From: a virus
Taxonomy: Duplodnaviria; Caudoviricetes
DNA: 29,844 nucleotides
Virus record (IMG/VR): IMGVR_UViG_3300010148_000073
Location: 1-29,844 of that record
Strand: one strand, 5' to 3'
In this document: positions 15,474-24,594 of the stretch, piece by piece
Position numbering within the stretch: position 1 is the stretch's first letter
Layout of the letters: the number at the start of each line of letters is the position of its first letter
Made by a program: the position numbers and the translations under genes
The notes under the pieces: generated by a model
The model's database searches: none
The model's input: the letters and a program-made list of their open reading frames with translations, nothing else
What the model was told of the DNA's origin: nothing

Positions 15474-18400
15474 CTACAAGTCAAATGCCACATACAGTAT
15501 CCCTGAAACGTGAGTCACACTACCGCCGCTTGTCTGCCTCTTTATCAAAAGAATGTCATCTGCGGCGACAGTCAGTGGACTTGCTAGTTCAACTGTTGTG
15601 GTATAGTTAGTACCAGTTGGATTCGATAGTGAGGTTCTTGCGACATCGACATCTAAAGTTGTCTCCGAACCCCCGCTAAATTTCCTTATTCGCCATGTGT
15701 CTGTTCCTGAATTAGTGGTTATAGAACCAGCATAGTAGTGAAGAGAGAGAGCCATTACCTTACCTGCTCTCGGCATTGGATAACCGTTTGGATTGACAGT
15801 CCCATCACCGCCCGGAGGTACACGCAAATCAACAGTCCCGCTTCCCATGCTTGTCCTCTGGTAGTAATACTTCTGCATGGTATTGAAAGATGATTTACTA
15901 TCGCTCTTTACATTACCAGCGACTGTAATACCATCGGCATCAGAGTGGATTCTGAATCTCTCTGTTGCCGCCCCGCTTGAGATGCTGCTTGTACCGGCAT
16001 AGAATATCAAGTCGTTAGCATTCTCAATTCTCCAATCGTTGTAGTTGTCACCACTACCCCATGTATCATGCGTCCCTCGCATCAGTTCTATTCTTGGCGT
16101 AGGGCTTGAGTTAGTATCCGCATGAACCCTGATTGTCTTAAGCGGGTTATCATCTTGGAACATGATAGCCCCACCGGCTTTTATCCTCATCCTCTCGACA
16201 GCAGCAGTGTCATCGTTTTGGTCAATGGGTGATGTGAAGAATGTTAAAGTCCCACCCTTGTCACCTGAACCATGGGCTTCTGCGGCATAAGCCGCCATAC
16301 CAGCAGATGCTTCAAGCACACTACTTGGGTCATTACCATCTACGGAATCAAAACCAATCCCACCAAGTAAATCACCACCAGCAGTTGATGTATCTGCTCT
16401 GACAATCATCATTCCGTTATCGGCATCAGCGCCAGTGTGATTGATTTGGAATCTATTCTCAGGTGTTACAGTGCCTATTCCTACCTTACCATCACCCTCT
16501 ATACTCATACGGGTGTTGTTTCCGTTGGTCTTGAAAACAATGGGGTCTGTGTCTTCTGTTCTAATTTGAAGACCGTCATTTGAATGGTCGCCAATTACCT
16601 TATTGCCGCCATCAAAGGTGATACTTTTGTCATTTCCAGTCACAGTGATGGTACCGGCTACTTCTAATTCTGTCGAAGGAGTCGTAGTGCCTATTCCGAC
16701 ATTACCTTCGTTCGTTCCACCATTGTCTATGGCTAGTCTTGTAGTACCATCATTTGTTGCTACTGAAATAAAACTTGAACCTGCGGCTAAATACCCCTTA
16801 CCAGCAGAATCACCGAATGCAATACCACTTGTGGTATTATTTGTTCCCACGACTGTCACATCTAGGTGAGCAGTTGGGCTTGTATTGTTTATTCCAACCT
16901 TACCAGATGCGTCAACGATTACCCTTGCTTCGGTATTCACCTCATCATAGATGGAAAACTTATCAGAGTTGTTTGCTAACTTACCAAGACTCCACTTGTT
17001 CGTTCCTCCCTCTGCGAAGAACACTACTGAATATCCATCATCGGGCGTGTCTATCTTTATCCCTGCGTTGGCATCTGTTGATTCAAATATCGCTAAGTCA
17101 TTTGCGGCAGATTTAACGTGTAGTGGTGCATCATCGGCATCCAAAGCACCGATACCTACGTTGCCCCCTAGTGGGTTGAGAACTATTTGTCTAGCCCCAT
17201 CGGTGTGTGTCCTCCCCTGAATGTATAGTGGGTAGGGGCTTGCGTTGTGCAGACCGAATGCAAACTCGGAGTTTTCGTTCGTGAATATCTGTCCAGCACT
17301 CGCACCGAATGTCAATGATGCCGCCGCAAGTGAACCTCTATCGACATGAAGTTTTGCACTAGGACTCGTAGTGCCTATTCCGAAATTACCTGACGTATCG
17401 AACCTAGCAGCCTCTCCACTACCCCAAGTTCCATTGTTCACACAGAACTTAATGCTCTTATTACCTGAACCGCTTTGTAGGTTCAATGCGTCACCATGAT
17501 AGCCAACCGAGGCTCTTGCGTCAGCAAACGTCATTTGGGTAGGCACATTGCCTTCGCCCATCTTAGCGATAACACCAGTGGAATGTTCGACATGGAGTGG
17601 TGCGTCTGGTGCTGTAGTGCCTATACCTAGTTTGCCTGAGATGTAGTTTTTGTCTTCGTCATTGATGTACAGTCCCCATTTGGTCGTCACTTGGTCTGAT
17701 TGACTGACAGCATAGTCTCCGTAGTAGAGGAATCCCTCATTGACTACTGCCGAGTCACCACTTGCGTCTGTGACGTTGTGGTCGAATACCGACTCAACCA
17801 CCCTCGCCCAGTTTATCGTGATGTCACCGCCTGTTCGGGAACCACCGATGTCTACCTCTCCTGAGAGACCACGTAGGTTGTTGATGTTCGCTGCTCTGTT
17901 ACCTGAGACGACTGTAAGCCCTCTAGTACCATGTGTATTACTTACTGTCCCGGTGTCTTGTATTGACACATAACCGTATGTACCATACATGGCAGATACG
18001 GTTGGTGCAGCATTGGTGCCATCGCTTGCCGATACCCCATAAACACCTGCCATCGCACTGATGTTTGTCATACCGGAGGTTCCGTTCCTCTGGTCCTCTG
18101 CATACCCATAGATAGCATAGACAGCGTCCGCGTCACCACTGGCACTGATTCTGGTATCAGACCAGACACCGTACAGCCTGTGCTCGTCGGATAGGTCGCC
18201 GCCCGTCGCGTTAGAAACAGCGTTCACGTACAAGCCGCCTTGCTCTCTGTCGCCGCCTGTTGCCGTGCTTCCAGTCGAGTCGTGGTCGATGAAGAGGCCG
18301 AAGTCGTTATCTACAGATGAGTCTGTAGCATTGTGGTCAATGGTCTGGTTACCCGTAAGGCCCAGTATAGTCCCATCAAAGGTGAGTGCGGACTCACCGT

Positions 18401-21400
18401 TCAGAGCATCAGCACTACTGAACGTGGCTATCCTATTGTTAGAGCCGTTAGCGACTGCCGAGACTGCTCCACCACCACCAGAAGCAGCAGCGAATGACAA
18501 GTTACCAGCACCGTCTGTTTGTAGGACGTGTCCGTTAGACCCGTCAGCAGGAGGTAATTTCCAGATTACATTCGCTGAATAAGCAGAATCATCAGGAGAC
18601 TCGAAGCCAACGTAGTGATTGTTGTTCTCGTCATAGAATCTTGCTTCTGTTTGTGCCATCAGCCTCAAGTCACGGAAAGTCAAAACATGGTCAGACATTA
18701 TTCTAAAGTTGTTAGAGCCATTTACATCGAAGTAAATTCCTGTTTGACCATCTATGTTCAATAGTCCTGTATCGTTTTGTATTAGACCCTCACTACCACT
18801 GTGGTTGATGAACATATCATTGTCTGCACCAAAGTATAGTTTCTGACTATCTATAGGTAAAGAGATATGACCTGTGTCAGAATTAATCTTCAACCTAGCA
18901 ATGCTGTTATCAGTATATACCTCAGCAGCATTGTAACTACCCATTGGGTCAGAAGTACCTGAAGTTAATTCTAAGTTCCCACGCCCGTAAGCATCAGTGG
19001 CGACGAACCTAACACCAGCACCTACTCTACTGCCAGTCTCCCCTGATGAGTCCTCGTTGTTGTAGAACAGCAGGCTTCCAATCTTATCACCAGCAGCGTG
19101 TGCTGCATCTCTGCTGTTCAGAAGTATGGTTGGGTTATTGGTGGCGGTTACATCTAACAACGCTCTAGGAGTTGTACTACCTATTGCTACATCTACATTT
19201 TCAATAGCAAAGTTTCCGTCAGAGGGGAAACTGAGTGCTTGCGTGCCATCACTCGCATTCTTGATTTTGTATGCTCCTTGACTGATGTGAATGTCATTGT
19301 TTTGCACAAACAAATCTCCACCAGTCACTTGGAGTTTGTGAGAAGGAGATGTAGTGCCTATCCCGACTTTCCCTTGGAAGTAGACTTGAGCATCCTCTAT
19401 CTTCACCCTCGTAGTGCCTTGCGTCTTGAGTTGTATAGGTGAAGCAGCGTTTGCAGTAATGATGTCCAAGTTTGTCCCTGATGTAATGAATCTGACATCG
19501 AAGTCATCTGAGAATGGGTTCTTCATGTCTATGAAAGCACCCGATGGGCCACCCATTTCTATGCTAGAGTAGCCGCTACTTCTCTCAAGATTCAACCGTT
19601 GAGCAGTGAAGTCACCAGCGTAATTGTTTGTGATGAAACCAGAGTCATTGTTGAATGCTGATAGTGGTATCTCCGAAATGAGTTTTCTCTTGTCTGCTCC
19701 GTTGTCTAGGATGATAAGTTCATCTTCTGAACTAACGACTGCTTGTGTCATGTCAGGAAGTTCGGACATGTCGAGAGTGAGTGTGACGCTACCACTGCCT
19801 CCACCACCAGATATCCCTACGCCTGCACTGACGTTGGTGATGTCACCAGTGGTGGTGCTGTACCCATAGGACTCAATCTTGTCCTGTATGGCTGCTGATG
19901 TCATCAGGCTGGTGTCGTTGTCAGCGAAGGACTCGCTGCTCGTCTGCAGGCTACCGGCTGCGAGTTCTGATACAGTGAGACCAGCGACGTTGAACGTGAG
20001 TGTCTCATCACTTTGCTGATTGAGGGTGAAGGCACCACCACCAGTCAAGCCTGTGCCTGCTGATAGGGTTATCTCATTGTTGTAGAGGTCATGGGTGGTG
20101 ATGACATTCCCGTTCTGACGTAGGTCACCAGTCAGGTTGATGTCACCTGCCACGTCTAGTTTGTAGGAAGGCGTAGTATCGCCTATTCCGAGCCTCCCAG
20201 CAGAAGTGACTCTCATTGCCTCTGTTCCCGAAGCATCAGTATCAGCATTCAACGCCGCAGTATAGAATCTAATATCGGTTGCAGGTTCTCCTGTTCCCGT
20301 TCCACCACCCAAATACAATCTATTAGTGGTAGCATCTGCATAACCATAGATTAGGTTGTAATCGTTATTGGTGTAAGTCCTACCTAATATCCTTGAGTCC
20401 TTTACAGTATTATCAGAATCGGTGTTTGTTATCATTACGTTGCCAACAACGTGTAGTGGTGTCTGTGGGCTTGTAGTGCCTATTCCGACCTTGCCATTAG
20501 AAGCAATAGTTACTCTATCAGTTCCGGCAGTTTGGAATGTCTGAGTATTATTACCGAAGATTAGTCTGTTTTGTCCGGTTTGACCTGCGTGTGCCAAGGC
20601 GTAAGCAACCGCAAGGCTACCCTCCACGTGCAACTCTGCTTCTGGAGTTTCAGTGAGGATTCCGACCCTGCTGTTTTCTGTAATGGTCATCGCAGTAGCG
20701 AGCGTGGTAGAAGAACCAGAAGGTGTGGTCTGGAACTTCAAACCACCTGCTAAATTACCACCATCGTTGTAGGCAAGAACCCTAGCAGCACTGTATGTCC
20801 CTGTGTCGGTTCCGCTATTGTCGTTGTTGGAGAAGGTAATCTGCCCAATTGTATTCTCAGCATTTCTAGCACCATGAAGGAGAATGTTTGCTTGTTGGCC
20901 GCTAGTCGCTGTTGTCTGTACCGATAGAATGGGCGAGCCTGAACCTTGTGTAATTAGATTCGTGTTCGATGCACTACCATCGAATGTGAGATTCGCCTCT
21001 GCATTCATGGCGTCTGTACCAGTCGCAGTGACCAGTCTGTTGTTACTACCATTGGTCATGAAGTCAGAGACATCCACGCTCACCGTATCACCAGTGAGGT
21101 CAATGCCTGTACCTGCTGCGAGGTTCGTGTTGTCACTGATATCTATGCTTGACAGCAGAGCCATGCTGCCAAGGCCTAGGTTCGTGCGAGCGTTGGATTT
21201 CTGCGTACCAGTGAGTCCCTGTGACGCTGTGTCCACTCGGAGCCTGTTGCCCAGTGCAGTGGTCATTGTGGTGTGGAACGAGGCATCATCGTTGATAGCA
21301 GCAGCCAACTCGTTGAGCGTGTCGAGCGTACCCGGTGCTGAGGCTATCAAATTCGAGACTTCAGTATCCACGTAAGACTTGATGGATTGTTGGGTAGCCA

Positions 21401-24059
21401 AGTGACTGGCTGAGTTCGAGGCCATGTTATCTTCGTCTAAGACCGGCACTACCAAGTCCACAGTGTCATCAGATGTCTGGTATGTCGCAGTGATGAAAGT
21501 CTCAGTGTTGCCAGTGAACATAGCCCCGGCGAAGTCCTTGACTTGAGCCCCTGTCAATTGGGTATCAGGGTTGGTGATTGTCATGACGAATGGGTCGCCA
21601 GTGGTTCCAGCGCCAGACCAGTTGGTTCCTGCTGTCCCCGTGGCCGATACGAACTTGATGAACTTGCCTTGCGCTATGGTTTTCGCATCGTTATCGTCGT
21701 CTCTGATGGTGAATGTCGTGAGTTGATTGGTGTTGGTAGCGTTGAGAGTAGTGCCACTGAAAGCCAAGTTACTGCCTGCCGTGAGGAACTTCAAGACGCC
21801 AGCGCTGTCATCCCAGAACAGTATCCTGTCAGCGTTGGGGTCACTGAGATTCTCGAGACCTAGGTGGCTCAATGAGATGGTGCCAGAACTTGTGATGCTG
21901 CCCCCAGTTAGGCCCGTGCCCGTGGCTACGCTGGTGACCGTCCCTGTTGTGGTGCTGTACCCATAGGACAGTATCTTGTCCTCTATCGCAGCACTGGTCA
22001 TCAGGCTGGTGTCGTTATTGGCAAAGGACTCCGAACTGGTCTGGTACGCATCAGCATGCAATGAGCCGAAGGGTATGTTTGCAATGGACAGAGTGTCACC
22101 TGTCAGGCTGAGGGGCGATGAGGCACTCAGGTTCGTGTTATCGCTGATGTCAACAGCGGACAGGGTGGAGAGTGTACCCAGACCCATGTTAGTCCTAGCG
22201 TTGGACTTCTGGGTGCTGGTCAAGCCTTGTGAGGCAGTATCTACACGCACTCGATTGGACAGGGCAGTGGTAATCGTGGTATGGAAGGACGCATCGTCAT
22301 TGATTGCAGCAGCCAGTTCGTTCAGTGTGTCCAACGCACCGGGAGCACTGTCAATCACATTGGATACTTGTGTATCGACATAGGCCTTGATTGATTGCTG
22401 CGTAGCAAGATGGGTGGCTGAGTTAGAGGACAGGTCATCCTCGTCATGGACAGGTACGACGAGGTCCACGGTATCGTCAGACGTCTGGTAGGTAGCGGTG
22501 ATGAAAGTCTCCGTGTTACCTGTGAACAACGCACCTGCTAGGTCCTTGACCTGTGCGTCAGTGCGCTGCTCTGCGACTACGAGGTCAATCGTCCCGTCAC
22601 TGTCCTGATATGTCGCAGTGATGTCGGTTTCAGTATTGCCTGAGAACATACCTCCTACTACGTCTTGGACTTCCTCCGTGGTGAGTGTGGGTGAGTCAAT
22701 GAACTCGAACGCAGTACCCCCAGAATTGACTCTGATATGCTGACCAGCAGAGCCTAGGGAGGATGGCGTGTCAGTCAGAGTGGTGAATGCCATGGTGCTG
22801 ATGGCTGCTTGGTAGTCACACCTGAGCCATGTGCTGCCCTCGAAGATGAAGGTGGCTCTCTGGTCAGGTAGCAGTGTGGTATTGAGGCCTGTCGAGTCGA
22901 ATACGATGTTGCCGCCGTTAGCGGCTGCGCTGTTGCACACCTCTATCACATGGCCTTCTGGGAAGAGGTAGGTAGAGCCACTCTTCTCTGGGTTGAGCGT
23001 GATAGTGGCGCCGTTTGCTGGGGCGAAGATGAACCACTTGTCCCCATGAGAGGATATGGTGTAAGATGCTGTGCTGAGGGCGCCTGTTGGTGCAGCCACT
23101 CCCTCTGTGAAGAGCCTCTTGGTGATGACCCCCGTCTCGTTGTTGTTCTGCCCAGCGAAGAAGAGGTCGTCATTCATCCTGTTTGAACTTCGGTCTACTC
23201 CATCACCGGGGCCGTACCCTAGGCTCGTGCCTGAACGCCCAGTCGACATCCACAGTGCTCCGACGTCAATCTTGGTGCTACCGTTGGTGTTGTTGCCCAG
23301 CACCCCAGCCTCATTGCCAGAGAACAGCGCGTTCAACTGCGCTGCGGTATTGATGCCCTCTGCTGCACCTTTGCTAATCTGACTGAGTTCGCTGCCGTCT
23401 GTGACTATGGTCCCAGAGGAAAGAGGGGTCATGTATATCGGGTTGGAGCGTGTGAATATCCTCTTGTCATTGACTTCCTGTACGTCTATCTTGTGTGTGC
23501 CACCACCTGCGTTGAAAGAGCACCGGAGTGTGGCAAGTGCGACGACTTGGTCATTCAGGATACTGCCACCCGTATCGTAGTCTATGAGGAATTGACTTGG
23601 TAATTGGGGGTACAGTCCGGTGCTAGTCTGAACTGGAGAACCACCATCGACGTGTATTCTGGCCATCCCTCCTTGTGAAGCCAAATAGACCACGTACATC
23701 GACTGTTCTCCAGATGCTGCCAAAGGCGTACCTGTAACGCCGAGGTTGCCACTGCCTATCGTCACAGTGACAGACCCTCCGGGCCCACCTCCGAACTCGT
23801 ACAGCACACCGTCTAGGACTACATACCCACCTTGCACGTTCAGCGTGTGAGTAGTATTTCTCACCACTGCTCCGGGTTGGTTGTTTACTGCATTTCTGGT
23901 AGAGCCGTAAGCGGTGTCTTGGAGCCGTATTATACCATTTCCTCTGAGGCCTTGTAGTAGATTGGATAGAGTGGTGGAGGAAAGAGCGTCACCGTCTCTC
24001 AGACCTTCGGCTCCAAGAGTATTCTGTGCTGCTGTATGTCCCCCTAGTGCGTCTACCAT
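15474..24059 (-). CDS. Giant modular tail fibre / receptor-binding protein (about 2861 aa)
   Basis: G/T/S/N-rich. Two APGxLDTLNELAAAINDD fibre motifs, 11 GxVGIGTTxPxxxLxV-like repeats and internal duplications. Followed by a chaperone. AGGTGA SD favours ATG 24059. Confidence 0.9.
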   Translation of the reverse strand: MVDALGGHTAAQNTLGAEGLRDGDALSSTTLSNLLQGLRGNGIIRLQDTAYGSTRNAVNNQPGAVVRNTTHTLNVQGGYVVLDGVLYEFGGGPGGSVTVTIGSGNLGVTGTPLAASGEQSMYVVYLASQGGMARIHVDGGSPVQTSTGLYPQLPSQFLIDYDTGGSILNDQVVALATLRCSFNAGGGTHKIDVQEVNDKRIFTRSNPIYMTPLSSGTIVTDGSELSQISKGAAEGINTAAQLNALFSGNEAGVLGNNTNGSTKIDVGALWMSTGRSGTSLGYGPGDGVDRSSNRMNDDLFFAGQNNNETGVITKRLFTEGVAAPTGALSTASYTISSHGDKWFIFAPANGATITLNPEKSGSTYLFPEGHVIEVCNSAAANGGNIVFDSTGLNTTLLPDQRATFIFEGSTWLRCDYQAAISTMAFTTLTDTPSSLGSAGQHIRVNSGGTAFEFIDSPTLTTEEVQDVVGGMFSGNTETDITATYQDSDGTIDLVVAEQRTDAQVKDLAGALFTGNTETFITATYQTSDDTVDLVVPVHDEDDLSSNSATHLATQQSIKAYVDTQVSNVIDSAPGALDTLNELAAAINDDASFHTTITTALSNRVRVDTASQGLTSTQKSNARTNMGLGTLSTLSAVDISDNTNLSASSPLSLTGDTLSIANIPFGSLHADAYQTSSESFANNDTSLMTSAAIEDKILSYGYSTTTGTVTSVATGTGLTGGSITSSGTISLSHLGLENLSDPNADRILFWDDSAGVLKFLTAGSNLAFSGTTLNATNTNQLTTFTIRDDDNDAKTIAQGKFIKFVSATGTAGTNWSGAGTTGDPFVMTITNPDTQLTGAQVKDFAGAMFTGNTETFITATYQTSDDTVDLVVPVLDEDNMASNSASHLATQQSIKSYVDTEVSNLIASAPGTLDTLNELAAAINDDASFHTTMTTALGNRLRVDTASQGLTGTQKSNARTNLGLGSMALLSSIDISDNTNLAAGTGIDLTGDTVSVDVSDFMTNGSNNRLVTATGTDAMNAEANLTFDGSASNTNLITQGSGSPILSVQTTATSGQQANILLHGARNAENTIGQITFSNNDNSGTDTGTYSAARVLAYNDGGNLAGGLKFQTTPSGSSTTLATAMTITENSRVGILTETPEAELHVEGSLAVAYALAHAGQTGQNRLIFGNNTQTFQTAGTDRVTIASNGKVGIGTTSPQTPLHVVGNVMITNTDSDNTVKDSRILGRTYTNNDYNLIYGYADATTNRLYLGGGTGTGEPATDIRFYTAALNADTDASGTEAMRVTSAGRLGIGDTTPSYKLDVAGDINLTGDLRQNGNVITTHDLYNNEITLSAGTGLTGGGAFTLNQQSDETLTFNVAGLTVSELAAGSLQTSSESFADNDTSLMTSAAIQDKIESYGYSTTTGDITNVSAGVGISGGGGSGSVTLTLDMSELPDMTQAVVSSEDELIILDNGADKRKLISEIPLSAFNNDSGFITNNYAGDFTAQRLNLERSSGYSSIEMGGPSGAFIDMKNPFSDDFDVRFITSGTNLDIITANAASPIQLKTQGTTRVKIEDAQVYFQGKVGIGTTSPSHKLQVTGGDLFVQNNDIHISQGAYKIKNASDGTQALSFPSDGNFAIENVDVAIGSTTPRALLDVTATNNPTILLNSRDAAHAAGDKIGSLLFYNNEDSSGETGSRVGAGVRFVATDAYGRGNLELTSGTSDPMGSYNAAEVYTDNSIARLKINSDTGHISLPIDSQKLYFGADNDMFINHSGSEGLIQNDTGLLNIDGQTGIYFDVNGSNNFRIMSDHVLTFRDLRLMAQTEARFYDENNNHYVGFESPDDSAYSANVIWKLPPADGSNGHVLQTDGAGNLSFAAASGGGGAVSAVANGSNNRIATFSSADALNGESALTFDGTILGLTGNQTIDHNATDSSVDNDFGLFIDHDSTGSTATGGDREQGGLYVNAVSNATGGDLSDEHRLYGVWSDTRISASGDADAVYAIYGYAEDQRNGTSGMTNISAMAGVYGVSASDGTNAAPTVSAMYGTYGYVSIQDTGTVSNTHGTRGLTVVSGNRAANINNLRGLSGEVDIGGSRTGGDITINWARVVESVFDHNVTDASGDSAVVNEGFLYYGDYAVSQSDQVTTKWGLYINDEDKNYISGKLGIGTTAPDAPLHVEHSTGVIAKMGEGNVPTQMTFADARASVGYHGDALNLQSGSGNKSIKFCVNNGTWGSGEAARFDTSGNFGIGTTSPSAKLHVDRGSLAAASLTFGASAGQIFTNENSEFAFGLHNASPYPLYIQGRTHTDGARQIVLNPLGGNVGIGALDADDAPLHVKSAANDLAIFESTDANAGIKIDTPDDGYSVVFFAEGGTNKWSLGKLANNSDKFSIYDEVNTEARVIVDASGKVGINNTSPTAHLDVTVVGTNNTTSGIAFGDSAGKGYLAAGSSFISVATNDGTTRLAIDNGGTNEGNVGIGTTTPSTELEVAGTITVTGNDKSITFDGGNKVIGDHSNDGLQIRTEDTDPIVFKTNGNNTRMSIEGDGKVGIGTVTPENRFQINHTGADADNGMMIVRADTSTAGGDLLGGIGFDSVDGNDPSSVLEASAGMAAYAAEAHGSGDKGGTLTFFTSPIDQNDDTAAVERMRIKAGGAIMFQDDNPLKTIRVHADTNSSPTPRIELMRGTHDTWGSGDNYNDWRIENANDLIFYAGTSSISSGAATERFRIHSDADGITVAGNVKSDSKSSFNTMQKYYYQRTSMGSGTVDLRVPPGGDGTVNPNGYPMPRAGKVMALSLHYYAGSITTNSGTDTWRIRKFSGGSETTLDVDVARTSLSNPTGTNYTTTVELASPLTVAADDILLIKRQTSGGSVTHVSGILYVAFDL
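16470..20489. repeat. Dispersed 11-17 nt direct repeat GTAGTGCCTATNCC inside the tail fibre
   Basis: Copies start at 16684, 17368, 17614, 19351 and 20473. Partial copies at 16470 (AGTGCCTATTCC) and 20181 (GCCTATTCCGA). Confidence 0.8.
19846..22043 (-). repeat. Duplicated ~34-aa fibre segment (about 19846-19946 and 21943-22043)
   Basis: QTSSESFA[ND]NDTSLMTSAAI[EQ]DKI.SYGYSTTTG occurs twice. Shared 21-mer GTGGTGCTGTACCCATAGGAC at 19852 and 21949. Confidence 0.85.
21121..22553 (-). repeat. Duplicated ~141-aa fibre shaft module (21121-21545 and 22129-22553)
   Basis: QVKD.AGA.FTGNTETFITATYQTSDDTVDLVVPV...LDTLNELAAAINDDASFHTT...QKSNARTN.GLG...DISDNTNL, repeated at an offset of 1008 nt. Confidence 0.9.
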
Positions 24060-24061
24060 TT

Positions 24062-24247
24062 TCACCTGCTCCTTGATACTCTTGTCAGCCCTATCTGTCT
24101 ACGCATCTTGGGCCTTCGCACTCCTATCTTAGAGTGTCGACTGTATTGCTTTTGCTTCTTCCTCTTGAGGTTCCTGTTAGATAGCCTCTTGACTCGGGCA
24201 GCGGCTAGTTTGGCAGGGCGTTGCGAGATGTAGGACCTGCGTGCCAT
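24062..24247 (-). CDS. Protamine-like highly basic peptide (about 61 aa)
   Basis: 23 Arg+Lys and no Asp/Glu. GGAGGT SD, start overlaps the upstream stop, ends just before the fibre start. Confidence 0.7.
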   Translation of the reverse strand: MARRSYISQRPAKLAAARVKRLSNRNLKRKKQKQYSRHSKIGVRRPKMRRQIGLTRVSRSR

Positions 24248-24594
24248 CACTCGACCTCCAGCACGAACGAGAACGCGATTTCATTTTGAGCGTTCTTCAA
24301 GAATGGCTCGATGGCTGCACGATATATGGGCACGAACTCACCAGTGGAGGGGTCCTTGTATTGTAGGTACACCTCTTGCACATTTGAGTTGTAGACGTAA
24401 GAGGTATCGAACACTCCCTCTACTCTCAGGCTCTGGTCGTCGATGATAGTCACCGTGGGTGTGATGGAAGCCAGCGTGCGTGCCCCTCCATCATCCTCTC
24501 TGGCGTCTGTGCCGTCACTGCCGATGTGCAACTCATTGACTAGAGTGGAGAGATGCTCTATCATACGCCTCTTTATCGAATTGAGCACGGGCAT
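24247..24594 (-). CDS. Probable baseplate/tail-fibre attachment protein (115 aa)
   Basis: MPVLN...LHIGSDGT...VQEVYL...PFLK...IAFSFVLEV resembles fibre N-terminal/collar-type domains. TAATG overlap and GGAGG SD. Confidence 0.55.
   Translation of the reverse strand: MPVLNSIKRRMIEHLSTLVNELHIGSDGTDAREDDGGARTLASITPTVTIIDDQSLRVEGVFDTSYVYNSNVQEVYLQYKDPSTGEFVPIYRAAIEPFLKNAQNEIAFSFVLEVE

Noticed and set aside
16470-20489. Repeats as a CRISPR array, shufflon or DGR
   Set aside because: Spacing is irregular (hundreds to thousands of nt) and all copies are in-frame and direct. No invertase, reverse transcriptase or adenine-specific TR/VR pair is in the window.
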